From: Cellulosilyticaceae bacterium
Lineage (GTDB): Bacteria; Bacillota; Clostridia; Lachnospirales; Cellulosilyticaceae
Direction: 5' to 3'
Length of the DNA stretch: 64,000 nucleotides
NCBI GenBank assembly: GCA_051650305.1
Contig: JBOFIT010000111.1
Coordinates: 39,782 to 103,781, forward strand
Shown here: in pieces, positions 18,763 through 26,838 of the stretch
Layout: the number at the start of each line of letters is the position of its first letter
How positions within the stretch are numbered: the first letter of the stretch is position 1
Position numbers and translations under genes: made by a program
Notes under the pieces: generated by a model
Databases searched by the model: none
The model's input: only the letters and a program-made list of their open reading frames with translations
Told to the model about the DNA's origin: nothing

Positions 18763-18844
18763 AAGAAGACCTCCTTAGAATGTATAGAACGTTACTGTTA
18801 TACATATATGTTAAAAAAAAGAAGAGTGTGCTAGGGGGACAAGG

Positions 18845-19828
18845 ATGAAAATAGGAATTGTAAGTGGGCGCATGGAGCAGGTACAGGTACAGCTACTAAT
18901 CTTGAATTATTTAGAGTGTTGGCAGCAAGAGGAAGGAGCGCCTATATGGCAACATTTTTTTGAGGATGAAGTGACAGAGGGGATGCTAGAGCTTTTGGAC
19001 GTTGTATTTTTCGTGCGAACGCAATCACTTAAGGGCTTATATATGATGATGATGTGTAGGGCGAAGCATGTGAGGACGATTTACCTTTTAGATGATCATT
19101 GGCTGAGTCCAGAATGGCCTCAGGAGTTACAATGTTTCAGACAGTGTCTAGCGTGTAGTGAGGTGGTATGGGTGTATAATCTTTATGTTTATGAGGCTAT
19201 ACGAAAGTATCATGACCAAGTGTACTTACTAACATCTACGGTCAAATTAAGAACGTGTTCGGTAGGAGAAGGTAGCAAAGGTGAAAAAAGAATAGGGTTT
19301 GCAGGAAGTATGTTTAAAAGACCGTATTGTGAAGTGGTTTTTCCAGCACTTTTAAGTATATTGGAGGAGCGCACAGATGTGAGTATTTATTTTAAAGGGG
19401 TGTATCTACCATTAGCGTTTGAAAAATATAGGGATAGAATACATGAAGAACCATATACAATGGATTATAAAGCGTATACAGAGCAGGTGAGTAAATGGGC
19501 ATGCCATATCATGCTGGCACCATTGGTAGAAAATGATTGTACCAAAGGTAAGTGTCCCAATAAGTATCTAGAAATAACAGCTATGAATGCAGCAGGGATT
19601 TATAGTGATACCACTTTGTATAGAATGTATGTGAAGCATGGTGAGACAGGGATTTTGACACCACATACAGCAGAGGGGTGGTATGCAGCGATTAGTCATC
19701 TGCTTAGAGAAGAGAAACAACGTGTAGCAATCATCAAGGCAGCGAGAAATGAGGTGGAGAAAGTCTATACGCCAGAGAGTACATTAGAAACCTTTAAAAG
19801 GATGTTAAGAAAGAACTTGGAAAAATAA
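18845..19828 (+). CDS. Putative glycosyltransferase (CgeB/Glyco_trans_1_2-like C-terminal domain)
   Basis: KCPNKYLEITAMNAAGIYSD...GETGIL...AAISHLL pattern resembles GT1 C-terminal domains. RBS GGGGGA precedes the ATG. Diverges from the three minus-strand GT genes. Confidence 0.5.
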   Translation: MKIGIVSGRMEQVQVQLLILNYLECWQQEEGAPIWQHFFEDEVTEGMLELLDVVFFVRTQSLKGLYMMMMCRAKHVRTIYLLDDHWLSPEWPQELQCFRQCLACSEVVWVYNLYVYEAIRKYHDQVYLLTSTVKLRTCSVGEGSKGEKRIGFAGSMFKRPYCEVVFPALLSILEERTDVSIYFKGVYLPLAFEKYRDRIHEEPYTMDYKAYTEQVSKWACHIMLAPLVENDCTKGKCPNKYLEITAMNAAGIYSDTTLYRMYVKHGETGILTPHTAEGWYAAISHLLREEKQRVAIIKAARNEVEKVYTPESTLETFKRMLRKNLEK

Positions 19829-19889
19829 GTAGATAAATAGAGAAAAATTGCATAGTATATGGTAGAAAAACTCATAAGGAGGGAGCGGG

Positions 19890-20744
19890 ATGAAAGGTAT
19901 TATACTTGCAGGGGGAAGTGGCACTAGACTTTATCCAGTAACCTGTGTTTTATCTAAGCAGATACTACCTATATATAATAAACCTATGATTTATTATCCT
20001 CTAGCTATACTCATGATGGCAGATATAAGAGAAATCTTAGTGATTTCAACGCCGAGAGATACCCAGGTGTTTGAAAGCTTACTAGGAGATGGGAGCCAAT
20101 TAGGGTTAACGATCAAGTATGAGGTGCAAGAAAAGCCACAGGGAATAGCAGAAGCATTCTTAATAGGGGAATCTTTTATAGGAGAGGATACCGTTTGCGT
20201 AGTGCTAGGCGATAATATTTTCTGGGGAGAGGAACTTGAAAAACATTTACAAAAAGCGAGTCAATTAAAGAAGGGGGCTTATGTTTTTGGCTATCCCGTT
20301 AAGAATCCAGATGCATTTGGGGTACTGGTATTTGATGCTAAACATCAAGTGGTAGCCATCGAAGAAAAACCAAAGGTACCTAAGTCTACGTATGCAGTAC
20401 CAGGACTTTATTTTTATGATAATCAGGTGGTGTCTATGGCGAAACAGGTAGAGCCGTCAGCTAGAGGTGAGCTGGAGATAACATCTATCAATAATGCGTA
20501 TATTGAAAAGCAGGCAATGGATGTCATTCTATTAGAAGAGCAGATAAGGTGGTTAGATACAGGGACGTATAAAGCACTGCTAGATGCAAGTAGGGGAGTG
20601 GAACAGCTAGAGGGAGACGGGATCTTTGTAGGTGCTATTGAAGCTATCGCATATCAGAAAGGCTATATAAAAAAAGAAGCACTTGAAAGGCTTATAGAAA
20701 AATTGCCAGAAAGTGTCTATAAGCACTATTTAAGACAGCTTTAG
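19890..20744 (+). CDS. rfbA: Glucose-1-phosphate thymidylyltransferase
   Basis: MKGIILAGGSGTRLYP...SKQILPIYNKPMIYYPL is a textbook RmlA N-terminus. Confidence 0.93.
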   Translation: MKGIILAGGSGTRLYPVTCVLSKQILPIYNKPMIYYPLAILMMADIREILVISTPRDTQVFESLLGDGSQLGLTIKYEVQEKPQGIAEAFLIGESFIGEDTVCVVLGDNIFWGEELEKHLQKASQLKKGAYVFGYPVKNPDAFGVLVFDAKHQVVAIEEKPKVPKSTYAVPGLYFYDNQVVSMAKQVEPSARGELEITSINNAYIEKQAMDVILLEEQIRWLDTGTYKALLDASRGVEQLEGDGIFVGAIEAIAYQKGYIKKEALERLIEKLPESVYKHYLRQL

Positions 20745-20756
20745 AGGAGAGAGAGG

Positions 20757-21314
20757 ATGGGGAATTTTACAAAGCATTTAACCACTTTAAAAGATGTGTA
20801 TGTGATTGATACGCGCATCTTTGTGGATCAGCGCGGGTACTTTATGGAGACGTATCATCAAGAGGCGTTAAGCGCATTAGGGATAGGGGAAGTCTTTGTG
20901 CAAGACAATGCATCCTACTCACAAAAAGGCGTGCTGCGGGGCATACACTTTCAGCACAAAAATCCGCAAGGAAAACTGGTGAGCGTATGTGTAGGAGAAG
21001 TTTTTGATGTGGCAGTGGACTTAAGGGTAGATTCCCCCACCTATGGCAAATGGGAGGGATTCATCCTTTCGGCAGAGAATCATCAGATGGTGTATATACC
21101 ACCAGGGTTTGGGCATGGCTTCTTGACCTTGTCGGATACAGCTTTTTTTTCCTATAAATGTACGACCCATTATGAACAAGCATACGATAGTGGCATTTTG
21201 TGGGAGGATGAAACCATTGGTATTCAGTGGCCTATCAAAGATAGAAAGCGTCTCATTCTATCAGACAAGGATCAGCAATTACCACGCTTTGAGAAAGGGA
21301 AGAATTATTTTTAA
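20757..21314 (+). CDS. rfbC: dTDP-4-dehydrorhamnose 3,5-epimerase
   Basis: DQRGYFMETY, LRGIHFQ and PPGFGHGF cupin motifs of RmlC. Confidence 0.9.
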   Translation: MGNFTKHLTTLKDVYVIDTRIFVDQRGYFMETYHQEALSALGIGEVFVQDNASYSQKGVLRGIHFQHKNPQGKLVSVCVGEVFDVAVDLRVDSPTYGKWEGFILSAENHQMVYIPPGFGHGFLTLSDTAFFSYKCTTHYEQAYDSGILWEDETIGIQWPIKDRKRLILSDKDQQLPRFEKGKNYF

Positions 21315-21337
21315 ATGAAGGGATAGGAGGTGCATTG

Positions 21338-22321
21338 ATGAAATTACTCGTTACAGGGGGAGCAGGCTTTATAGGGAGTTATTTTGTTAAGTATATGCTG
21401 GGCACGTATAAAGACATAGAAATCGTTAATCTAGATGCACTCACATATGCCGGGGATTTAGAGACATTAAACACAGTGGCAACAGATGCGCGGTACCTTT
21501 TTGTAAAGGGAGATGTGGCAGATACGACACTGATAGATGGGTTATTTGCACAACATAAATTTGATAAAGTCGTTCATTTTGCAGCAGAGTCTCACGTGGA
21601 TCGGTCTGTTAGTGAACCTGATATTTTTATTAGAACTAATATCGTAGGAACCCATGTATTGTTAGAAGCTGCACGTAAATATGGTATTCAGCAATTTCAT
21701 CAAGTATCTACTGATGAAGTATACGGAGATTTGCCACTGAACCAGAAAGACTTGTTTTTCACGGAGGAAACACCTATTAGGCCTAGTTCACCTTATTCAG
21801 CATCCAAAGCAAGTGCAGATATGTTGGTGCTTGCATATGGGCGGACTTATGGTATACCAGTTACGATCTCACGATGCTCCAATAACTATGGACCCTATCA
21901 ATTCCCAGAGAAACTCATCCCAGTGGTAATTAGTAAGGTGATGGAGCAGCAGCCAATTCCTGTGTATGGGAATGGCAAAAATATAAGAGATTGGCTTTAT
22001 GTAGAAGATCACTGTAGAGGCATTGATGTTATCTTACAAAAAGGAAAGATGGGAGAAGTGTACAATATAGGTGGGCACAATGAACTAGAAAACTTAACCA
22101 TTGTGCAATGTATTTTAAAGCAATTAGGAGCAAGTGAAGAGCAAATCATTTTTGTGGAAGATCGAAAAGGCCACGACTTAAGGTATGCTATAGATGCGAT
22201 TAAGATGAAGGAGACATTAGGTTGGGAACCTTCATATACCTTTGAAGAAGGTATCGCACAGACTATAGCGTGGTATGTTCAACATAAATCATGGTGGGAA
22301 GGAAAAATCGTTAAAAACTAA
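21338..22321 (+). CDS. rfbB: dTDP-glucose 4,6-dehydratase
   Basis: LVTGGAGFIGS, STDEVYG and YSASKASAD catalytic motifs of RmlB. ATG 21338 (the track begins at TTG 21335). Confidence 0.93.
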   Translation: MKLLVTGGAGFIGSYFVKYMLGTYKDIEIVNLDALTYAGDLETLNTVATDARYLFVKGDVADTTLIDGLFAQHKFDKVVHFAAESHVDRSVSEPDIFIRTNIVGTHVLLEAARKYGIQQFHQVSTDEVYGDLPLNQKDLFFTEETPIRPSSPYSASKASADMLVLAYGRTYGIPVTISRCSNNYGPYQFPEKLIPVVISKVMEQQPIPVYGNGKNIRDWLYVEDHCRGIDVILQKGKMGEVYNIGGHNELENLTIVQCILKQLGASEEQIIFVEDRKGHDLRYAIDAIKMKETLGWEPSYTFEEGIAQTIAWYVQHKSWWEGKIVKN

Positions 22322-22350
22322 AAGGTGCCCTATGTGAATGGGCACCTTTT
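22321..22350. terminator. Bidirectional terminator between rfbB and the convergent His/Cys-tail gene
   Basis: AAAGGTGCCC, a 9-nt loop, then GGGCACCTTT followed by T. Confidence 0.75.
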
Positions 22351-22360
22351 AGTTTTGGTA

Positions 22361-23914
22361 TTAGGCGTGGTCATGACCACAGTTGCAAGTATGATTAGGG
22401 TCGTCATGGTGACCGCCACAACATTCATGAACAGGGTCATCATGGTGACCACCACAGCATTCGTGATGAGGGTCAGCATGATGATGGCCACAGCTACATG
22501 TATCATGGTGAGGATGTGCTTTAAGGAAATGGGCGGCATCATCATCTTCGTGGAAATCATGTGAGTCTACACCAAGGGCAGCTTGAGCGTCGTCACTTTC
22601 TTCAAAGAAGCCGCCTTGCTCTAAGAGGTTGCTAAGGTACATAGCAGTGTAGAGATTCGTGATCGGATGCTTGGTATTGGTAAAGCCATGCATCAAGTAG
22701 TCGTAGAATGTATTGTCTCTCATCATAAGTGGCATCACAGACATAAAGTACTGCATACGAAGTTTACGTTCAGCAGGATTTAAGCTTTCAAGTGTATGAC
22801 GCATGTCAGTGAGGAAACCTCTTAAGATACTTGTAGTCTCTTCGCTGTACGGCTCATGCTTGGCAGTGGTAAAGCCAAAGACATGGTGGATAGACATATG
22901 AAGATAAGTTCCCATCAGTGCAAAGAGAGAATCATCAGATGTCTTAGCAGAAACTTTCGTGAAGGCAGTTTGTAGCTGGTCTTTGATGTCATCGACACGT
23001 TCAGGAAGTGTCTCTAAGAGGATGTCACTATCTGCGTGATTACTTAAGATGTTTTGGAGTGAGCAGTACAGATCGTAGAAGCTTACATGCATATCTGTGA
23101 GTGTCTCGAAACTCATGGCATCAAAGATAAGTAAGTTACTAAATGTACAGATCATATGATAAAGTTTGGCGGTAAGCTGTACAGCATAATCTAACGTTTC
23201 GTTAAGAAGTTCAGCATCTTCGAAGAAGTCTTCACTTGATTCGAGGAGGAGAAGCTCCTCGATGCTTTGACGAAGGTCTGCGAAACCATCCACGTAGTTT
23301 GTATACAGACGGCCATCAAACTGCTGAGCAAGTATCCCCGTAAGAAGTGTAGCGCTTTCAGGTGTATCTTCGATAGCAATACTAAAAAGTGCTTTCTCCA
23401 CATAGCTCATAAAGCTATCTTTGGTCATACGCATTGGTACGTGAGTCAGAAGGCTACTGGCTTTTTGTTGGCGGAGAAGTGGATCACTTTCCTTGAAGAC
23501 AAAGCTTGTACAGTCTTTGGCAAGTCTTGAAAAGTCCATAGATAAAGCGTCTTCCTCAGTCATACCAAAATCTTCATAATTACTGGTAGTAAGTGCTGTT
23601 TTTAAAGTGAAGAAAGAAGTGGTATGTTGTAATTCTCTTTGAAGTGCATGAAGATTACGGTACTTTTCTTCGAGTGTTTCACGGAAATCCACGAGTTTCT
23701 TAGCGTAGATTTCTTTGAACTCTGCATCCCCATTTAAAAGGGAAGGCATCGATAAGAAAAGCGTCTGTATTTCTCCAAGAATGTTACCTACTTCGTCATC
23801 AATATAAGGGATTGAGTGACGTGCAGGATTGCTAAGGACAGCAAGATAATCATCTATAAAATGAATATAAGAATAGGCAATAGCCGAAAATAAAGCGGAT
23901 TGTTGTTGTTCCAT
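22361..23914 (-). CDS. Hypothetical 517-aa mostly helical protein with a His/Cys-rich repeated C-terminal tail (probable metal-binding)
   Basis: Long uninterrupted ORF. The last 56 residues contain 17 His and 8 Cys, including HECCGGHHDDP twice. I recognise no family for the first ~460 aa. Confidence 0.7.
   Translation of the reverse strand: MEQQQSALFSAIAYSYIHFIDDYLAVLSNPARHSIPYIDDEVGNILGEIQTLFLSMPSLLNGDAEFKEIYAKKLVDFRETLEEKYRNLHALQRELQHTTSFFTLKTALTTSNYEDFGMTEEDALSMDFSRLAKDCTSFVFKESDPLLRQQKASSLLTHVPMRMTKDSFMSYVEKALFSIAIEDTPESATLLTGILAQQFDGRLYTNYVDGFADLRQSIEELLLLESSEDFFEDAELLNETLDYAVQLTAKLYHMICTFSNLLIFDAMSFETLTDMHVSFYDLYCSLQNILSNHADSDILLETLPERVDDIKDQLQTAFTKVSAKTSDDSLFALMGTYLHMSIHHVFGFTTAKHEPYSEETTSILRGFLTDMRHTLESLNPAERKLRMQYFMSVMPLMMRDNTFYDYLMHGFTNTKHPITNLYTAMYLSNLLEQGGFFEESDDAQAALGVDSHDFHEDDDAAHFLKAHPHHDTCSCGHHHADPHHECCGGHHDDPVHECCGGHHDDPNHTCNCGHDHA
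22398..22494. repeat. About 2.7 tandem copies of a 36-bp unit encoding the His/Cys tail
   Basis: 22398-22433 and 22434-22469 are 30/36 identical. A partial third copy runs 22470-22494. Confidence 0.85.
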
Positions 23915-24013
23915 AAGTAAAGCTCCTTTCGATAGTCTCTATTAAGAATATACAATTTAGAGAGAAGATGCAAGTGGGGGATTGGTGAAAATGTAAAAAT
24001 TTGGATTATTTTA

Positions 24014-24042
24014 TTGAAATCCCCAAAAGAATATATTAATAT
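24014..24042 (+). promoter_or_regulatory. Candidate sigma-A-type promoter for glgB
   Basis: TTGAAA (24014-24019), a 17-nt spacer, then TAATAT (24037-24042). Only about 20 nt from the ATG, so the leader would be very short. Confidence 0.3.
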
Positions 24043-24062
24043 AATCTAAAGGAGGTAGAAAA

Positions 24063-26240
24063 ATGGAAAAATTACAAATAATTCAAGGCGAATCAAACAA
24101 TCCACATCACTATTTAGGCATGCATCCTCTAATGATAGAAAATAAAGAACGACTTGTAGTAAGGGTTTTTGTACCAGGTGCTACAGAAGTTAGTATATAT
24201 CCTATAGATGATCAAACCAAGCAGTATCCTTTAGAAAAAGAAGCAGATGGTTTTTTTGAAGGGTTAGTGGGAAGACGTAAGAACCCATTTATTTATGGAG
24301 TCAGCTGTAAAAATGCAGCAGGAGATACATGGCAGTTTGTGGATCCTTATCAATTTGGCCCATCTTTTTCAGATTTAGATCTTTATCTTTTCGGTGAGGG
24401 TACGGACTACGAGATTCATCATAAGCTTGGGGCGCATGAAGTGACACGAGAAGGTGTACAAGGGATACAGTTTGCTGTATGGGCACCTAATGCGAAGCGG
24501 GTGAGTGTCATTGGTGAATTTAACTTTTGGGATGGTATGCGTGGGCAAATGAGGTTACTAGAAAGCAACGGTATATGGGAGCTTTTCGTACCAGGTGTTC
24601 AGATTGGAAGCCTCTACAAGTATGAGATCAAAACGAAAGATAATGTAATCCTTTATAAAGCAGACCCTTATGCAAGCTTTAGTGAACTAAGACCAGGAAA
24701 GGCATCACGTGTATGGTCAGATGCAAGTTACATATGGAAAGATAGTAAGTGGCTAGAAAGACGTAGTAAGAAAGCACAGCATCAAGAAGCAGTGAGCATT
24801 TATGAGGTACATATCGGTTCATGGAAAAAGCACTTTAATGGTGATTTCTATACGTATAGAGAACTAGCAGACCATTTGGCAGATTATGTGAAAGAGATGG
24901 GCTATACCCATATCGAACTGATGGGGGTTATGGAGCATCCTTTTGATGGCTCTTGGGGGTATCAGGTAACGGGTTACTTTGCACCTACAAGTCGTTATGG
25001 GACACCTGATGACTTTAAATACTTAGTCGATAAGATGCATCGAAACAATATCGGCGTACTCCTTGATTGGGTTCCAGCACATTTCCCTAAAGATAGCTTT
25101 GGCTTAGAAAAATTTGATGGGACAGCCCTTTACGAGCATGCCCTTCCTTTACAAGCAGAGCATCCACAGTGGGGAACGTTGGTCTTTAACTATGGGCGAA
25201 ATGAAATCGCCTTGTTTCTTATCGCTAGTGCCCTTTCTTGGCTTGAGAACTATCACTTAGATGGTCTCAGAGTGGATGCGGTGGCATCTATGCTTTATTT
25301 GGATTATGGTAGAGAAAATGATGATTACGTACGCAATAAGGAAGGTGGAAGAGAAAATCTAGAAGCCATTGCATTCCTACGTAAATTAAATGAAAAAGTA
25401 TATGAGCGTTTCCCAGGTATTATGATGATAGCAGAAGAATCCACTGCATGGGCTGGAGTGACTCATCCTGTATGTAACAATGGACTTGGGTTTGGGTTCA
25501 AATGGAATATGGGTTGGATGAATGATATGCTTAGTTATATGAAGTGTGACCCACTCTTTAGAAAGTATGAGCATAATAAACTTACCTTTAGCATTATGTA
25601 TGCTTTTAGTGAGAACTTTGTCTTACCTTTATCTCATGATGAAATCGTCCATGGTAAAGCTTCGATGATTTATAAAATGCCAGGAGATGAGTGGCAAAAA
25701 TTCGCTAACTTACGTGCTTTTTATGGGTATATGTTTATGCATCCAGGTAAGAAGATGCTCTTTATGGGGGACGAGTTTGGTCAGACAAGAGAGTGGAGTG
25801 AGGAAAGAGAACTGGACTGGCACTTACTACAATACGCACCACATGAAAAGTTACGCCAGTATGTCAAAGACTTGAATGCTTTCTATAAGAAACATAAGTG
25901 CTTGTGGTCCATCGACCATAGCTATGAAGGTTTCCAGTGGATCGACTGCGATAACAGAGATGCAAGCATCATTAGCTTTATGCGTAAGGGGGAGAAGGAT
26001 AATCAAAAGCTCGTGATTGTCGTAAACTTCACACCAGAAGCAAGAGAAGGGTACCGTATCGGTGTAGATAAGCTAGGGACCTATGAGGAAGTCTTTACAA
26101 GTGATGATACCAAGTACTATGGCAGTGGGATGACAAATGGTGTGGTAGAGGCCATAGAAGGTCCATGCCACCAACAAGAACAGTACATAGAAATCAAAGT
26201 CCCACCATTGGGCATCAATATTTTTAAATGGTCTAAATAA
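24063..26240 (+). CDS. glgB: 1,4-alpha-glucan branching enzyme
   Basis: 725 aa. GH13 motifs DWVPAHF, GLRVDAVASM, AEESTAW and LSHDEIVHGK. RBS AAAGGAGG. Confidence 0.93.
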   Translation: MEKLQIIQGESNNPHHYLGMHPLMIENKERLVVRVFVPGATEVSIYPIDDQTKQYPLEKEADGFFEGLVGRRKNPFIYGVSCKNAAGDTWQFVDPYQFGPSFSDLDLYLFGEGTDYEIHHKLGAHEVTREGVQGIQFAVWAPNAKRVSVIGEFNFWDGMRGQMRLLESNGIWELFVPGVQIGSLYKYEIKTKDNVILYKADPYASFSELRPGKASRVWSDASYIWKDSKWLERRSKKAQHQEAVSIYEVHIGSWKKHFNGDFYTYRELADHLADYVKEMGYTHIELMGVMEHPFDGSWGYQVTGYFAPTSRYGTPDDFKYLVDKMHRNNIGVLLDWVPAHFPKDSFGLEKFDGTALYEHALPLQAEHPQWGTLVFNYGRNEIALFLIASALSWLENYHLDGLRVDAVASMLYLDYGRENDDYVRNKEGGRENLEAIAFLRKLNEKVYERFPGIMMIAEESTAWAGVTHPVCNNGLGFGFKWNMGWMNDMLSYMKCDPLFRKYEHNKLTFSIMYAFSENFVLPLSHDEIVHGKASMIYKMPGDEWQKFANLRAFYGYMFMHPGKKMLFMGDEFGQTREWSEERELDWHLLQYAPHEKLRQYVKDLNAFYKKHKCLWSIDHSYEGFQWIDCDNRDASIISFMRKGEKDNQKLVIVVNFTPEAREGYRIGVDKLGTYEEVFTSDDTKYYGSGMTNGVVEAIEGPCHQQEQYIEIKVPPLGINIFKWSK

Positions 26241-26243
26241 AAG

Positions 26244-26789
26244 ATGTATAAAAAACTGGTCAGAGGTTCATACTTCCACAAAGGATGTGAGCCTATGGCC
26301 AGTTTTAAAATTAAAAATGACCCCATACGACAGGTAACATACATCTATGATTTACTAGAAGATAAAATGATAAGTGAGATACCAAGTATAAAGGCAAGTG
26401 TCGTCATGATGTATCTAAAAGGCATTAAGACGTCTGTAGATGCCCTAAGCATTCCTCTTAGGAAGCCCTACTTAGAAGCAGGGTATGGCATGGGAAGATG
26501 TGTGAAAGTCATCATCTCCAAAGATGAGCTTTTGGTTTTTACAGGCCATTTACTAGGGCAAGACTACGTGAACTATATGGAAGAAGTGGCGGCTAGTGGC
26601 TTATGTGAGAAGGAACCTTACGACATTGGTTCCTTCATTCAGAAGTTTTATGAAGCGAAGACGAGGGAAGAAGCAGAAGGGGTGTACAATAGCTGGCAGG
26701 AAAGGCTCCCACTTAATGATCAAGTTTTCTATAAATTTTTACGGGTTTTTGAAAGTTACAGAGAAGAATTACTGAATTACTTTGATTAA
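26244..26789 (+). CDS. Hypothetical protein
   Basis: 181-aa ORF directly after glgB. The more likely start is ATG 26295 (MASFKIK). No recognised motif. Followed by a strong terminator. Confidence 0.5.
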   Translation: MYKKLVRGSYFHKGCEPMASFKIKNDPIRQVTYIYDLLEDKMISEIPSIKASVVMMYLKGIKTSVDALSIPLRKPYLEAGYGMGRCVKVIISKDELLVFTGHLLGQDYVNYMEEVAASGLCEKEPYDIGSFIQKFYEAKTREEAEGVYNSWQERLPLNDQVFYKFLRVFESYREELLNYFD

Positions 26790-26802
26790 AAGTAGTAAAT
26801 GC

Positions 26803-26830
26803 AAAAGGGAGTGCATAGGCACTCCCTTTT
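26803..26830. terminator. Bidirectional terminator between the hypothetical gene and argH
   Basis: AAAAGGGAGTGC, loop ATAG, then GCACTCCCTTTT (perfect 12-bp stem). Confidence 0.85.
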
Positions 26831-26838
26831 AAGTGAGA

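Noticed and set aside
22325-22564. Two 76-79-aa ORFs (plus strand 22325-22564, minus strand 22330-22560) rich in V/M/T
   Set aside because: They are alternative-frame or antisense readings of the CAY/TGY-rich tandem repeat that encodes the His/Cys tail of the 517-aa gene. They have no RBS, and one runs through the rfbB terminator.
23967-24024. Inverted repeat GGGGATT-N33-AATCCCC upstream of glgB
   Set aside because: The arms are only 7 bp with a 33-nt loop, and the repeat overlaps the putative -35 box. It is too weak to call a structure or operator.
26244-26789. Possible remnant of an ISL3-family transposase, because the C-terminal ...EAEGVYNSWQERL...FYKFLRVFESYREELLNYF loosely resembles the end of ISL3 DDE domains
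   Set aside because: Only about 45 residues show a generic helical pattern. There are no DDE residues, no zinc-finger N-terminus, no inverted repeats and no target duplication. I cannot support the idea without a search.
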